Shown here: positions 13,480 to 25,739 of the stretch, piece after piece
Layout of the letters: every line of letters starts with the position of its first letter
Numbering within the stretch: position 1 is the stretch's first letter
NCBI GenBank assembly: GCA_034780895.1
Contig: JAUZTB010000002.1
Span: 56,368,217 to 56,432,216 of the forward strand
Source of the DNA: Rhynchobatus australiae
Taxonomy: Eukaryota
Length of the DNA stretch: 64,000 nt
Direction of reading: 5' to 3'
Notes under the pieces: model-generated
Seen by the model: only the letters and a program-made list of their open reading frames with translations
Databases searched by the model: none
Told to the model about the DNA's origin: nothing
Program-made: the position numbers and the translations under genes

Positions 13480-14150
13480 CACAGATCTCTAAAGGATAGA
13501 GCATAGATAGATATGGTTGTGCAGACAACATACAGGATGCTGGTCTTCATCAGCCAGGGCATACAATACAAGACCATGGAGCGTGGTACAACTTGACAAA
13601 AACTTGTAAAACTTTGATTAGGCACAGCTGAAGTATTAAATGCAGTTCTAGTTGCCAGACTATAGGAAGGATGTAATTGCAATGGAGAGGGTGCATAGGA
13701 GCTTTACCAGTATAGGTAACCGAAATGGTTCCACTACAGGTATGAGGAGAGACTGGATAGGCTGCTTTTGTTTCTCTTGGAATGGAGGAGGGACCTGATG
13801 GAGATATACCAAATTATTAGGGGCATACATTGGGTGGGGAGTAAGAAACGTTTCCCCATAATGGAGATGTCTAAAACCAGAGGGCAAATGTTTAAAGTAA
13901 GGAATAAGAGGTTTAGAGGGGATCTAAAGTGAAGATTTTTCATCCACAGGTAGTTACAATCTGGAATACACTGCCTAGGAGGATGTTAGAGGCAGGTACT
14001 TCCACAACATTTAAGAAGTGTCTGGATGAGCACTTGAATTACAAGCTAAATAACATTACAGGCCAAGTTCCAGGATTAGTATAGATGGGTGCTTGATAGC
14101 ATGGACTTGATGGGCTAAAGGAGCTATTTCTGTGCTGTATGACTCTAAGT
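13480..14150 (+). mobile_element. CR1 LINE 3' fragment
   Basis: TATAGGAAGGATGTAATTGCAATGGAGAGGGTGCATAGGAGCTTTACCAG.. ending GCTGTATGACTCTA. Confidence 0.8.
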
Positions 14151-14402
14151 TCAATTATCTCATGTGTGATTAAGATCTTCAAATGCCATATACTACCAAC
14201 TGTATACCAGCCCAAGATACTGTTCGATCACTGAACTACCAAAAATCTCCATCAGTTGGGATTCATTCTCAAAATTTATATGGTTTGTTGCATCCTCCAC
14301 ACCAGTGTTGTTGCAGATTTTGCACCCACATCCTCCAGCTCCAACTTGCAAAGGCCAATGGACAGAACCTGGAGTCCATCCTTTCCAGAAATGATAATAG
14401 TC

Positions 14403-15190
14403 ACATAGTAATGACAACAGGCCCTTTAGCCTACCATGTCTGCACTGACTATACTAATCTCATTTTATTTTTCCACATGCCTANNNNNNNNNNNNNNNNN
14501 NNNACCACACACCTACACAATAGGGGCAATTTAGTGGCTAATCTACATGTCTTTGGAATAGAGTCATAGTAAGGAAACTGATCCTTTGGCCCAACTCATC
14601 CATGCCATCCAAAACACCCATCTCAGATAGTCCCATTTGCCCGCATTTGGTCCATATCCATCCAATCCTTTCCTATCCATGTACCTGTCCAAGTACATTT
14701 TAAATGTTGTTATATACCTGCCTCAGCCACATCTTCTGGCAGCTCATCCCACATGCTGACCACTCTCTGGATGAAAAAGTTGTCCCTTTGGTGGGTTTTA
14801 AATCTCTTCCCTCTCACCTTAACCTATGCCATCTAGTTTTTGATTCCCTTTCCCTGAGAAAAAGACTGAGTGCATTCACCCTATCTATCCCCTCATGATT
14901 TTAAACACCTCTATAAGATCATCCCTCAATCTCCTACTCTCCAAGGAATAAATTCCTCGCCTACCCAAACTCTCCCTGTAACCGTTGCATCTTCCATACT
15001 TGTATTGTTGCAGATTTTGCATCCACATCATCCAGCTCTGACGTGTACAGGCCGCTGGACAGAACCTTTGCAGAAATGATAGTCGAAAGGATGTGGGAAG
15101 AAACCTGAGCATGCGGAGGGGTGGGGGGGGGGGGGAGGGGGGTGTTGGCTGGAGAAACACCCAGGGAGAATGTGCAACTCCACACAGGGA
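14403..15190 (-). mobile_element. V-SINE split by a CR1 3' fragment (about 14540-14982) plus captured flanking DNA (14984-15084)
   Basis: SINE left part ends CATGTCTTTGGAA (14538) and resumes GGATGTGGGAAGAAACCTGAGCA (about 15089). The CR1 minus frame reads YRESLGRRGIYSLESRRLRDDLIEVFKIMRG. Confidence 0.7.
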
Positions 15191-15362
15191 GCAGAGAGAA
15201 AGGGTGCAGTCATCCCATGACACATCACACTATCTGCATGAGCACTGAAAAGGCTCTAAACTACTTTTGTTTTCCATTCATACCCATCTGAAAATTCCAT
15301 CCATGACTGAGAATTCCACAATAATGTCCACCTTTGCCTCTACTCAGATCCACATCAGTAAA

Positions 15363-15800
15363 CTGATAAGAGTGATAAGAGACTCAATAGTGAGGGGGAT
15401 AGATAGGAGATACTGTGGCCACAGAAGAGACCTCAGGATGGTGGACTGCCTCCTGGGTGCCAAGGTCAAGGATATCTCTGAGCGATTGCAGGACATTCTC
15501 AATGGGGAGGGGGGACAGCCAGAGGTAATTGTACGTGTTGGTACAAATGACATATTTAGAACAAGGGATGAGGTTCTGCAGAATGACTATAGGTGACCTT
15601 AAAGAACTGGTCAAAATTATGAGAGGCATAGATAAGGTGGATGGTAACAGTATTTTACCCAGGTAGGGGAGGCAAGAACTAAGAGGAATAGGTTTAGGAT
15701 GAGAGAGGAAAGATTTAAAGGGGACCTGATGGGCAACTTTTTCAAGCACAGGGTGGTGAGTATATGGAACGAGCTGCCGGAAGAAGTGGTTGAAACTTAT
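15363..15800 (+). mobile_element. CR1 derivative: ORF1 SGNH-esterase fragment joined directly to the ORF2 3' end
   Basis: VIRDSIVRGIDRRYCG..CLLGAKVKDISERLQDILNGEGGQPEVIVRVGTNDI (GDS and GTND blocks), then from about 15592 GGTGACCTTAAAGAACTGGTCAAAATTATGAGAGGCATAGATAAGG (DL.E..KIMRGID). Confidence 0.8.
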
Positions 15801-15889
15801 AAATTATAAAAGAGGACAGAAACAGTTTATAAATCTTCATAGGAGTAGAAAAGTTTAATAATTTTAAAACATTTAAGATCCAGTAAAAG

Positions 15890-17100
15890 GAGGTAGGGAG
15901 GGGGTGAGGGATTGTGGAAGGTCAGAGGAAAGAACAGGCAGTACAGTTTGTGATAGTGCATAAAGCAGGAGAGAGTAATCGACGAAGCAGCTGATATTCA
16001 AAGTGAAGTGGGCCAGCAGTGGAACATGAAATGGATCTAATAGAATTGAAAATTGGGATAGGATATTGCTGAACTCAATGTTAGTCCTGAAGTCTGTACC
16101 ATGGTGCGTTGAAAAATGAGGTGTTGATCCTTCTGTTTCTGTTAAGGTTTCTGTCATGGAAGGCTGAGAACAGAGAAGCAAGTCTGGGAATGGAACGGAA
16201 CGAAACGGAAAGGTAAAGTAGCTGGTCTGGTCCCTTATACAAGGAAAATTTAGGTAATAAAAGGAATGCAAGAAAAGTTTACTGGAATGATTCCTGGGAT
16301 ATGGGGGTGTTATCTCAAGAGAAGAAATTAAGCAGACAGAACCTATGCTCTCTGAAGTTTAGCAAAATGAGAAGTAAACACATTGAAACATACAAAATTA
16401 TGACAACATTTGATAGGATCAATGCATGGATGATATTTTCCCTGGCTGGAATGACGAAAACCAAGGCTCACTGTCCCAAAATAAAGGGGTCCTTAAGAAT
16501 AGAGTTGATAAGAGATTTCTTCACAGAGGGCAGCGAATTTTTGGAATTCTCCACTCAAGAGGGCAGTGGTGGCTCAATCACGAATAATACAAGGACGTTT
16601 AAGAGACTCTTGGATAGACACATGAATGATAGAGAAATGGGGTGCTATGTGGGAGAGAAAGGTTAGATAGATATTCGAGCAGGATAAAATGTCGGCACAA
16701 CATTGTGGGCCGAAGGGCCTGTACTGTGCTGGAGTATTCTGTGTTCTATATTCAATGGCAGGTCTTCCCTAAAAATGCCTTAAAAACAAAGAATAATCCC
16801 TGAAAAGGAGAAGGGGAAGATATTTAGAGGAGGCATGTTATAGGTACTAGAAATGACAGAGAATGATCCACTGAAAGTAGAAACAGATATGATGAGGTGA
16901 AGATAAGGGAAACGGTAGTATTTATCATGGGAGTCAGGTCTGAGAACATTAAAGCAGAAAATTAAAGTGAAGGTGTTGTTAGCCATGGTATATGGGAATT
17001 CTCATTGACATGAAACTGAAACCACATCAGGAACCCCGGTGTGGAAAATTATAATGTTAGAACAGATGCAACAGAGAAGGAATAGAGAGAATGGAAAATA
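15890..17100 (-). mobile_element. Decayed Penelope-like element interrupted by a CR1 3' fragment (+ strand, about 16260-16750)
   Basis: Minus TNIEFSN at about 16070 (GIY-YIG end) and PFSLFLLCCICS at about 17060-17097 (PFSQFLRLRRICS-like motif) flank a CR1 tail ending GGGCCGAAGGGCCTGTACTGTGCTGGAGTATTCTGTGTTCTAT. Confidence 0.55.
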
Positions 17101-17759
17101 GTTTTAAAGTTATTACATTTCTGATCTTCCCCCATACCAATTGATGCCTTTTTCAACTAGAAATATATCAGTCTCTTTCTTAAAAAGATTCAGCAACTTG
17201 GCTTCTACAGTCCTCTATGGTAGTGAATTCCATCCTCTCAGTNNNNNNNNNNNNNNNNNNNNNNNNNNNNNNNNNNNNNNNNNNNNNNNNNNNNNNNNNN
17301 NNNNNNNNNNNNNNNNNNNNNNNNNNNNNNNNNNNNNNNNNNATTCAGCAACTTGGCTTCTACAGTCCTCGATGGTAGTGAATTCCATCCTCTCAGTGAA
17401 GAAATCACTCATTTCTGTCCTTCATCTCTTGCCCTGGAACCCAAAACTGTGACTCCTTGTACCAGGGGAAACATCTTCCCTGTGTACAGTCAAACTCAAC
17501 CTGTCAGAATTTTGCAAAGTTCAACTAGATCCCCTCCATTTTTTCAAGCTCTTGTGAATAATCTCTCCTCAAACAGCAGTCCTTCTGTTCCAGGAATTAG
17601 TGTGGTATACAACTTGGTCAGCCCAGACTACAGCTCATGGTGAGACTGAGTAATCTGAAACTGGGCCTTCTTGGCCCAGAGCTGTCAAAGTCATCCAACA
17701 AAGCCATCTGCAGCCTTCACTATTGCAATACTCAGGTCTGATAATGTAATCATTACGTT

Positions 17760-18090
17760 AGTTAACCAAGAATCCAGTGACTAATTATCTTGAATTAGGA
17801 ATTCTATTACCATTGTCACTTCTGGGAAATTTATATTCAGTTAATTAAATAAATCTGGGATGAAAAATTAGTCATTGTATTCTTGACATAGAAATACTGG
17901 GTTGTTGTGAAAACCCAGGAGTAGACTGCCTTAAGGAATAAAACCGGCTAGCCTTTCCTAGCCTAGATTATATGCCACTTGAGACCCACCCACAACTATG
18001 TGGTTGACTCTTAACTGCCTTTGGAAATGGCCTTGCAAGATGCACAGTTAAAGGGCCAATAAAAGCAATGCCTGTATCTTGTGAATAAAA
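17760..18090 (+). mobile_element. Old tRNA-type SINE of cartilaginous fish (second family)
   Basis: GGGAAATTTATATTCAGTTAATTAAATAAATCTGG..ATGTGGTTGACTCTTAACTGCC..GAAATGGCCT. Homologous to the split copy at 42385-42577 and 45500-45660. Confidence 0.55.
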
Positions 18091-18284
18091 GCCAGTGGAG
18101 TCCCACCAGCCACAATGGCTCTGATGGGAGCATTTAGCAACAGGATAAGCTCAAGCAAGGAAACATAGGAGATACCGTATGCATCAAGGGAATGAATCGA
18201 TGATGTTTCTAAGGCTTTTGTCATGTATAAACATGGCTAGTTAAGCAACAAGCAGGACAAAGCAGACATCTGTGGTCAGGCAAG

Positions 18285-18545
18285 GTAGTGTAGCAGTTAG
18301 TGTAATGCTTTACAGTGCCAGCAACCTGGGTTCAATTGCTGCCACTGTCTGTAAGGAGTTTGTATGTTCTCCCCGTGTCTGTGTGGGTTTCCTCCCACAT
18401 TCCAAAGACGTACTGATTAGGAAGTTGTGGGCATGCTACATTGGCACCGGAAGCATGGCGACACTTGCGGGCTGCCCCCCAGAACACTGTACACAAAAGA
18501 TGCATTTCACTGTGTTTTGATGTATATGTGACTAATAAAGACTCT
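18285..18545 (+). mobile_element. V-SINE with Rex1-like tail
   Basis: Pol III A box GGTAGTGTAGCAGTTAG, B box GGGTTCAATTGC, V-domain GGAGTTTGTATGTTCTCCCCGTGTCTG..TTCCTCCCACATTCCAAAGAC, tail TTCACTGTG..ATGTGACTAATAAAG. Confidence 0.85.
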
Positions 18546-21500
18546 GATCTAGTCTATATGTCATACTGTATCCCAAACTGCTTTAATATACCATACTTAG
18601 AGGAAGATTCTTAAGTATTTAATGTATGAATAATGCTCATGTTATTTGCAGCAGAAACAAAAGTTCTTTGATGGGAATATTGTAAATAATGGTGTCATTT
18701 AGAAGCAAACAATAGGACTGCTGCTTTTCTCTCATTATATGTGGATGTCTATACAACAAAATATGCAGGACAGGAAGTGATCCAGACAGGTCACAAGATT
18801 AGCCCAGTAGTTCAAAAATGAAATTTATTGTTAAGAAATGTGAAATTACACCTGGAGAAAAATATTAAGCAGAGGAAATAGAAGTAAAATTTTAAAAAAT
18901 AAACTTAAAACAGAACCATGTTATTCAGATGAAGGAACTGTGATTTTGAAAAGGGTGAACACATTAAATTTCTTTAAAGAGTACATGTCCTCCTATGGTT
19001 TATAAATAGGGGCTTGATTCACAAAAGCTAAGTCATACTAACCTATACAAATCACAGGTTAAGCTGCAGTTAAAACTTATGTCTAATTTTCCGTGCTTTA
19101 TTTTAGGAAATTTGTCAAAGTAATAGAGGGGAAGAGTGATTCACTGAAATAATACCTCAAATTAATGTCATTCATTGTGAAGACTGGAGAAACAGGGCCT
19201 CTTTCATTTTACTAAAAGGAAGAGGGGTCAGAAATTATAATTTTAGGTTTTTTTTCTTTATTTACCTACTATTTCCTTCTTTTAAATGCAAAGGGCTGCA
19301 GGGACATGGTAGATACAGAATCTATTCTGCTTTCAATTTTCTTTTCCAACGAATTCCAAGATAACAATTTGGGCTCCAGAGTGTACTGAATTTCCTGGGT
19401 GGATGAATTTAAATAATATTTAATACAACATGCATACATAATCCAATAGGATACCTGGATGGTTCTTAGGTCCTCAAGGCAGTAACACTGCATTAGTTTT
19501 ATCCACTTGTTTAAACTTCCATTCAAAAGAATTTCTGTGTATTTATGGATAGAGCAATATTATCTATTGTGATGGGACAGAAAATACACAACTTTTTATT
19601 GTATTAAGTTTATTTTCCCCCAATACTTTTTTTGCTCTCAAGAAGAAAAATTGTTCCATTTGATCATTGATTTTCAAAAAAAAATAAATCAGAGGAGTGA
19701 AGTAATTGGATTCATCAATCAAATCAGTTTTATACTAAAGTATAAGTATATTTTTCATTAGGTGGAAGAATTGCTGTTATGTAATTCAGCAAAGAGAAGG
19801 CAGAAAATGAGGCAAGATGTAATTCACTTATTCTGGTACACTGCTTATATTTTGATCCAATGAGACACTGCGCATTGAAGGTCTCCAGATAGACTGATTT
19901 TTCTGTTGTCCAGATTCTGGGAAAATGAACAGTTAATATCAGTTTCATATTGTGTTGAAATCCAGTTTTATCAGCCAGATGTTAAAATCTTCACATCTCT
20001 GCTCTTCTTATTTTAATGCACCTTCCACCACGAATATTGCTATGCTGCAATACTCCAAGCGGCTCTGCAGCCTGCTCTAAGAGAGCTAATTATAGTACTT
20101 TACTGCAGTATCACACTGTAGTTGGAGGAACATTAAGTAATGAGATTATGAGGAATCATGTTATAGATTGAGTGCTAGTTTATATTATAAAGCTATTCTT
20201 TCTTTCATAGTGGAGTGTGGTTGTGTGCTTGGAAGGACCAAAACTGGTTTGTGTCAAATTACACAAGCATATGGTTGTTTTTAATTCCATCTTCCATCAT
20301 GGTGCAAAATGATGAAAGGGTTGGACAGACCTGAACACAGAATCCATTGCCAAGTGTAATGTGACCACAATGGATCGTACTAAAAAAAATGTTGAATCAA
20401 ATTATATCCATTTAACAGAGGTAAGAAAGTGCACAAAATTCATGCTTCCAATTTCTTTATGATTTCAGGGTCCAAGTTAGTGCTATCTGGGTAGTTGCTG
20501 GCCTTGGCATATAGAAAAGCAGCTCTACGTTGTGAGTAGCCAGCACCACTTAAAATTCACAGTGACTGAAGCTATGCCTGCATCTTGTAAAGGGGAAGTA
20601 TGTTTTGTTCCAACTGTTGGTAGAAAAGGTAGGGGAACATCATTCCACAAGCCTTGGGACCCTGCTGGAAACCACTGCAGAGCATGTGAAGTGGGAATCT
20701 GCTTCTTAAGATATTTATCTGAGGCCTGGACTGGACCAATGTGGCAGAGAGTAGAGAAATCTCTACCATAGAAGTCCTGGAAGCCTTCCAGACAGGTAGT
20801 CTAGTATAGTGGCAGGAGATCACAAAAGTTGAAGTACATGGATGCAAAAAGTTTAATGNNNNNNNNNNNNNNNNNNNNNNNNNNNNNNNNNNNNNNNNNN
20901 NNNNNNNNNNNNNNNNNNNNNNNNNNNNNNNNNNNNNNNNNNNNNNNNNNNNNNNNNNCTTCCCATCCTGGTTACAGTCAGTGAATACATCAAATCCTTT
21001 CTCGCCACATCTGCACCACCAGCTTTCCACACTCTTCAATGCATTGCACACACTTACTTAATAATAATTCCTAGCCATCAAGACTCTCCACACATTTACT
21101 ATTTGTCCAAGTCTCACATCCACATCAGTTTCCACAGAAAAGACAGAATCCAATGGGTCACCACCCTGGAAGACAGAATGCTAGGTATTATTAGAGCAAC
21201 CATTACAAATTCTATGGGTAGTGATAGTGTTAAGATCATTAAAGGTGAATATTTTTAAACCTAATCTTCCTTCTCATTCATTTCACAATCTTTTCTATTT
21301 ACAAGCTACAGATAAGCACCTCACTATTCTTATGACATGCTCCTCCCACCCCAGACTCTCACCATAACCTTTTACTTGGCTATTTCATAGGCACAAGTCA
21401 TCCAACCTGACAGTGCAATAGGAAGAGAACAATAATGACAGCACTTGACAATCACAGCCTCGGGTACTGACATTTTGATTCTGAGTGCTGCAGTGGAAGC

Positions 21501-22044
21501 TCAAACTACTCAAAGGAAACATCAGTGGCTTCAAGCACAAACTGGCTGTTCTCTCTCAGTGCGACAGCATCTGTTTTCTCACCGCTGCCACTACACCGGT
21601 GTCCTTGTTGCACCCACCAGTCTATGGTCCAAAGACTGGTTTTTTTTGGACCAGAGCTGACGAAGACATCCTCTAAGGTCATATGTGGCCTACTCTAGTG
21701 GAGCTCAGCCACCTTACTGCAGAAAAACTTCAGAAGTAGAAGGAGAGAAAGGTCAGGCATTTAAGATGGATATTTTTGGTTTGAAAGTGTGCATAAAATT
21801 ATTGTTCAATTAAATCATTTCATTATTGCTTTATTTTCTTAATTTTAACAGAGGCATCACCTAATGCTAACTAGGAAGTGTGCAGTTCTATGAATCCACA
21901 AGCATGTGTGGCTTCCTGTTCTCTACCCAAGAAAAATGATGAATTCACCTTCTCCCTTTGTTTTCAACCCCCAACCTTCCTAATGTTGGTTTTCTGCAAA
22001 CTGAAATAGATTGCTTAAAGTCCCCTGCACCAGTCTGTAGATGC

Positions 22045-22696
22045 TGTTATGTACCAGCAACAAAAGAAACACACCAAGTCATGTATTAGTGTAAGAAACT
22101 ATTAATAACTACTTATGATAATAAGAAAAATAAGTAAAAATGTTACAATGTTAGAAGTAAAAATGTTAGATATTAACCATTAACCCCCAAAACTAAACTC
22201 ATGTGTGTGGCAAATTCCCAAACTCCAGTTCAGCATGCCATAAGGTGAAACATGAGCAAAGGCTTTTGCAAAACCACCGTTGGCTGAAGAGAAAATGTAG
22301 AGAGAATAGAGAAGTTACAAAATTGAAGTGTTCCACAATGGAACTTATACAACACCTCAGTCACTGATGATTGCCACTGCTTTGTTCTGAAGTATCTGCC
22401 ACCCTGAAAAGGCATTTGAGATGTGGCTGCCCACACAAATACCTGTTTCCTTCTACAGGTTAACAATAAAGTGGACTCTACTGGATTATTCCAAAAATCC
22501 ATGTGGATTATAGTGACAGACAGTTATTGTTTTTCATCCATCGATACAGAGACCAGCAGACAGTGTCTCTCTCTCTCCAAAGAGAATGTTAGCATGTTGT
22601 TATCTCCTGTTGTCGTAATAACACCTTCCCCCATACACACACTACTGTACTATGTCTTAAAGGGACACTCACCAAATAGTAACCTAATCCATAACA
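22045..22696 (-). mobile_element. Solo LTR copy 2 (complete, older)
   Basis: TGTTA..TAACA termini; flanks ATGC and ACAC; colinear with copy 1. Confidence 0.85.
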
Positions 22697-23575
22697 ACAC
22701 TAAGAGGAAATGTTGCCAGTAATCTTCAGACACCAAAGTAGCTCTCACCAAACCCAGCAGCTGTAGTTGAGACTCCAGTGCAAATCAGATCTGTCAGTAC
22801 CTTCTCAATAAAACAATCTCTGCAAGCAATACTCCTCACTGAGGAACATGAAAACTACTCCTTGAATGGTACATTATATACGAACTCCTGTGAGAGCTAA
22901 TTATTGTATTTCTCTTCCTCCCTCTCATCCCACATTGCAGAGCTCTGCAAGACCTTGCATCTTCCTCCCTATCGTGACACATGCCCATAGGACTGTCAGA
23001 AATTTTGGAACTCCAGTGCAAGACTGCAAGAACATCTAGTCAGAAACTTCTGGAAGGTTTTTGCTGGAGTTTTGCCAACTACATTGGAGCATCAACTTCC
23101 TGCAGTTCCTCAGTACTTAAGACTGGAAAATCTGCCTGCTGGTGCAGTGAAGGGAACAACGTAGGCACGTTAGGTAACTTGTATATTTAATCACTTGAGA
23201 TTCTCAAATGTTTTAATTGTCTTTATGCATTTTAGTTTATTTTAACTGACTTAAGCAATTTTTCATATCTTCATAATGTCAAGTATTTCTGAAAGGCAGC
23301 ATTAATAGTGATCAAAATTTTTTAACATGACAGCTGACTGAAAGGATCAAGCTCACTAGTCCACATAGCTTCTTTCAGACAATTGTTCTGGGCATGCTAT
23401 GTGATGGGATTTACATCTGGAAGGCACTTCACTGAGCTGAGACTCAGACTTAGAGTAGGTGAATATCGACTGCTGGTGAATCACTGCCAGGAAGTTCTGG
23501 GGTGCCAGGATGATCAGATACAGCCCAGAGCCCTTGAAATTTAATAATGGTGGTAATGATGTTGAAAATAAGATC

Positions 23576-23797
23576 AGGAGTTTGTACATTCTTCCCGTGA
23601 CTGCGTGGGTTTCCTCTGGGTGCTCTAGTTTCCTCCCACATTTCAAAGAATGTGGGTTAGGATGTTGTGGGCATGTTACATTGGTGCTGGAAGCGTGGCG
23701 ACACTTGCAGGCTGTCCCCAGAATATTCTATGCAAAGGTACATTTCACTGTATATTTTGATGTACATGTGACTAATAAAGAAATCTTGTCTTATCTT
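23576..23797 (+). mobile_element. 5'-truncated V-SINE with Rex1-like tail
   Basis: GGAGTTTGTACATTCTTCCCGTGACTGCGTGGGTTTCCTCTGGGTGCTC..GTGACTAATAAAGAAATCTTGTCTTATCTT. Confidence 0.85.
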
Positions 23798-24389
23798 AAA
23801 TACTTTGCTCTAGTATGCTTTGACCCAACTGAATAATATCCCAACAATCCTGAGAAACTAATGCTGAAGTTCTGCATAAGCAACAAATCATCACTCATCC
23901 CTTCCTTACTTACTCAATGGTTATTTTGAATGAGCCTTGAAGTGCCAGTTTGGTCCATGAAGCCAGCTCTGACTTGATCAATGAGGCCCATCATGTGGTG
24001 AGACCTGTAAAGCCCTCGCCCCGGATCTGTTTTGACAGCTAATATAACCTACTGATTCTACTTGACCTGGTTTTCAAAGATGTCAAAGACTTTGAATGTT
24101 TGTGAAAGTCTCTGACACAAAAGTATTCAGATTGCCAAAAATTAAACTTTTTAAAAAAAAATAAAAATGAAGCCNNNNNNNNNNNNNNNNNNNNCTTTAA
24201 ATAAATATATCAAAGCAAACCCAACTAATTCAAAATATAAATTACCTGAAACTTGCCCATCTCCTTCATAACTGTTCCTCTCCAATGGAGTGAAAGGAGC
24301 CATGTACCTTTGTTTTCTGATGACAGAGAAAGACTGCACTGTGGATGACAGCATTAAATCAAAAAAAATTAAAAGATTAATGGGTGTGC

Positions 24390-25110
24390 AAAACTGTGGC
24401 AAATGGATTTTAATATAGACAGTTGTGGTTATTTAATTTTTACCTAAAGGGACAGAACAATGCATCTTCTAGATGGTGAAATATTAAGAGGTGAAGAAAG
24501 ATTGACCAACATCATTAAGATATTGTGGACAGGGACAAAAAAAAATCAAAGCCAGGTGAAATGCAAATCTTTCTATCTGCAGGACTGGAGAATGAGCACA
24601 AAAGCATTATGCCACAGCTATACATTACCTTTGTTAGATCACATCTCAAGCACTGTTAGCAGTTTGGGGAATTACACCTTTAGGAAGGACATGTAGCATG
24701 GATTTATCAGAGCAATATTTAGACTAAGGATTTAAAGTATGAGGAGAGCATACACAAACCAGGATTGTTTTTTTCTGGTATTTACACAGTTATGTGGTCA
24801 TTTGCTAAAAGTAAGATATTTTAGAAACAAGAGAAATGAATAGTAATTTCCTTTGAGGGAATCTGAAAGTACAGGGCATTATATATAATTAGAGCCAGAC
24901 CCTTCAAGAAGGTACTTGTGACCAATACTTCCACCACCACAGAACATGGTGGAAATTTGGAACTCTTCTGCAAATAGCAACTAATGCTTGGTTAATAATA
25001 CATTTTAAATCAACAGTGCTGTTTTGTCTAGATATCAGGGAGTAGAAGAACAGGCTTGGGGCTAAATGGTCTGCACATGGTCTTATGTTCCAAAAATTCA
25101 ACCCAATGAT
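24390..25110 (+). mobile_element. Old CR1 LINE 3' fragment
   Basis: GTGGCAAATGGATTTTAATATAGACAG (WQM.FN), ACCTTTAGGAAGGACATG, TGGTGGAAATTTGGAACTCTTCTGC. Confidence 0.6.
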
Positions 25111-25739
25111 CATTAAGACACCCCAACAACAGATATCCTTATCTGTCTACAACTGAAGACTACTGTTTGTAATGGACAGGAAGAATTCACAAGTTGTTGC
25201 CAACAGTTTGGTATATGGGATATAAAGCTGGCATTACAACAATACTGGACTTCAGAGTAAGATCAGGGTGTATATACAAAATTGAAGTCATTAGACATCA
25301 AGGGGAAAAAAACTTCCAATGATTGAAGTCATACCTTGCACAAAAGAAAGACATGTCACAATGTTGAGCAAAGAGCAAGCTCACAGAGAAGCCAAATGCA
25401 GCACCCTGATAAAAGACTGGAGTCAGGATACTTCCTCAGGACCAAATACAGGCAGCAACTGGAAGGAATCTTGCCTCAGAGATCTGAGAAGGAATCCCAA
25501 TACAAACTGGATATTCAAAGAGAAACAGAGAACACAGGACTGTTCTAGAATAGACCACTCTAAGCCAGCCAATACTCTGGCAACTAGTGTTAGAGAAACC
25601 CAGGTGCTTATGTTAGGCTCCTAATGGGGCTCAGGTGTGTGTCATTATGTAATCATGAATCAAGCATGAAATGCATGTGCTGTACAACAAGGCATCAAAG
25701 GAGCCAAATTGAGGGCCAGTACTCCGAACGATGAAAAGA

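Noticed and set aside
15117-15143. Long G run (and C run at 13212-13229) as G-quadruplex candidates
   Set aside because: Simple homopolymer expansions, error-prone in assemblies, with no supporting context.
18288-18345. tRNA-like A and B boxes
   Set aside because: They are the head of a V-SINE, with no cloverleaf; not a tRNA gene.
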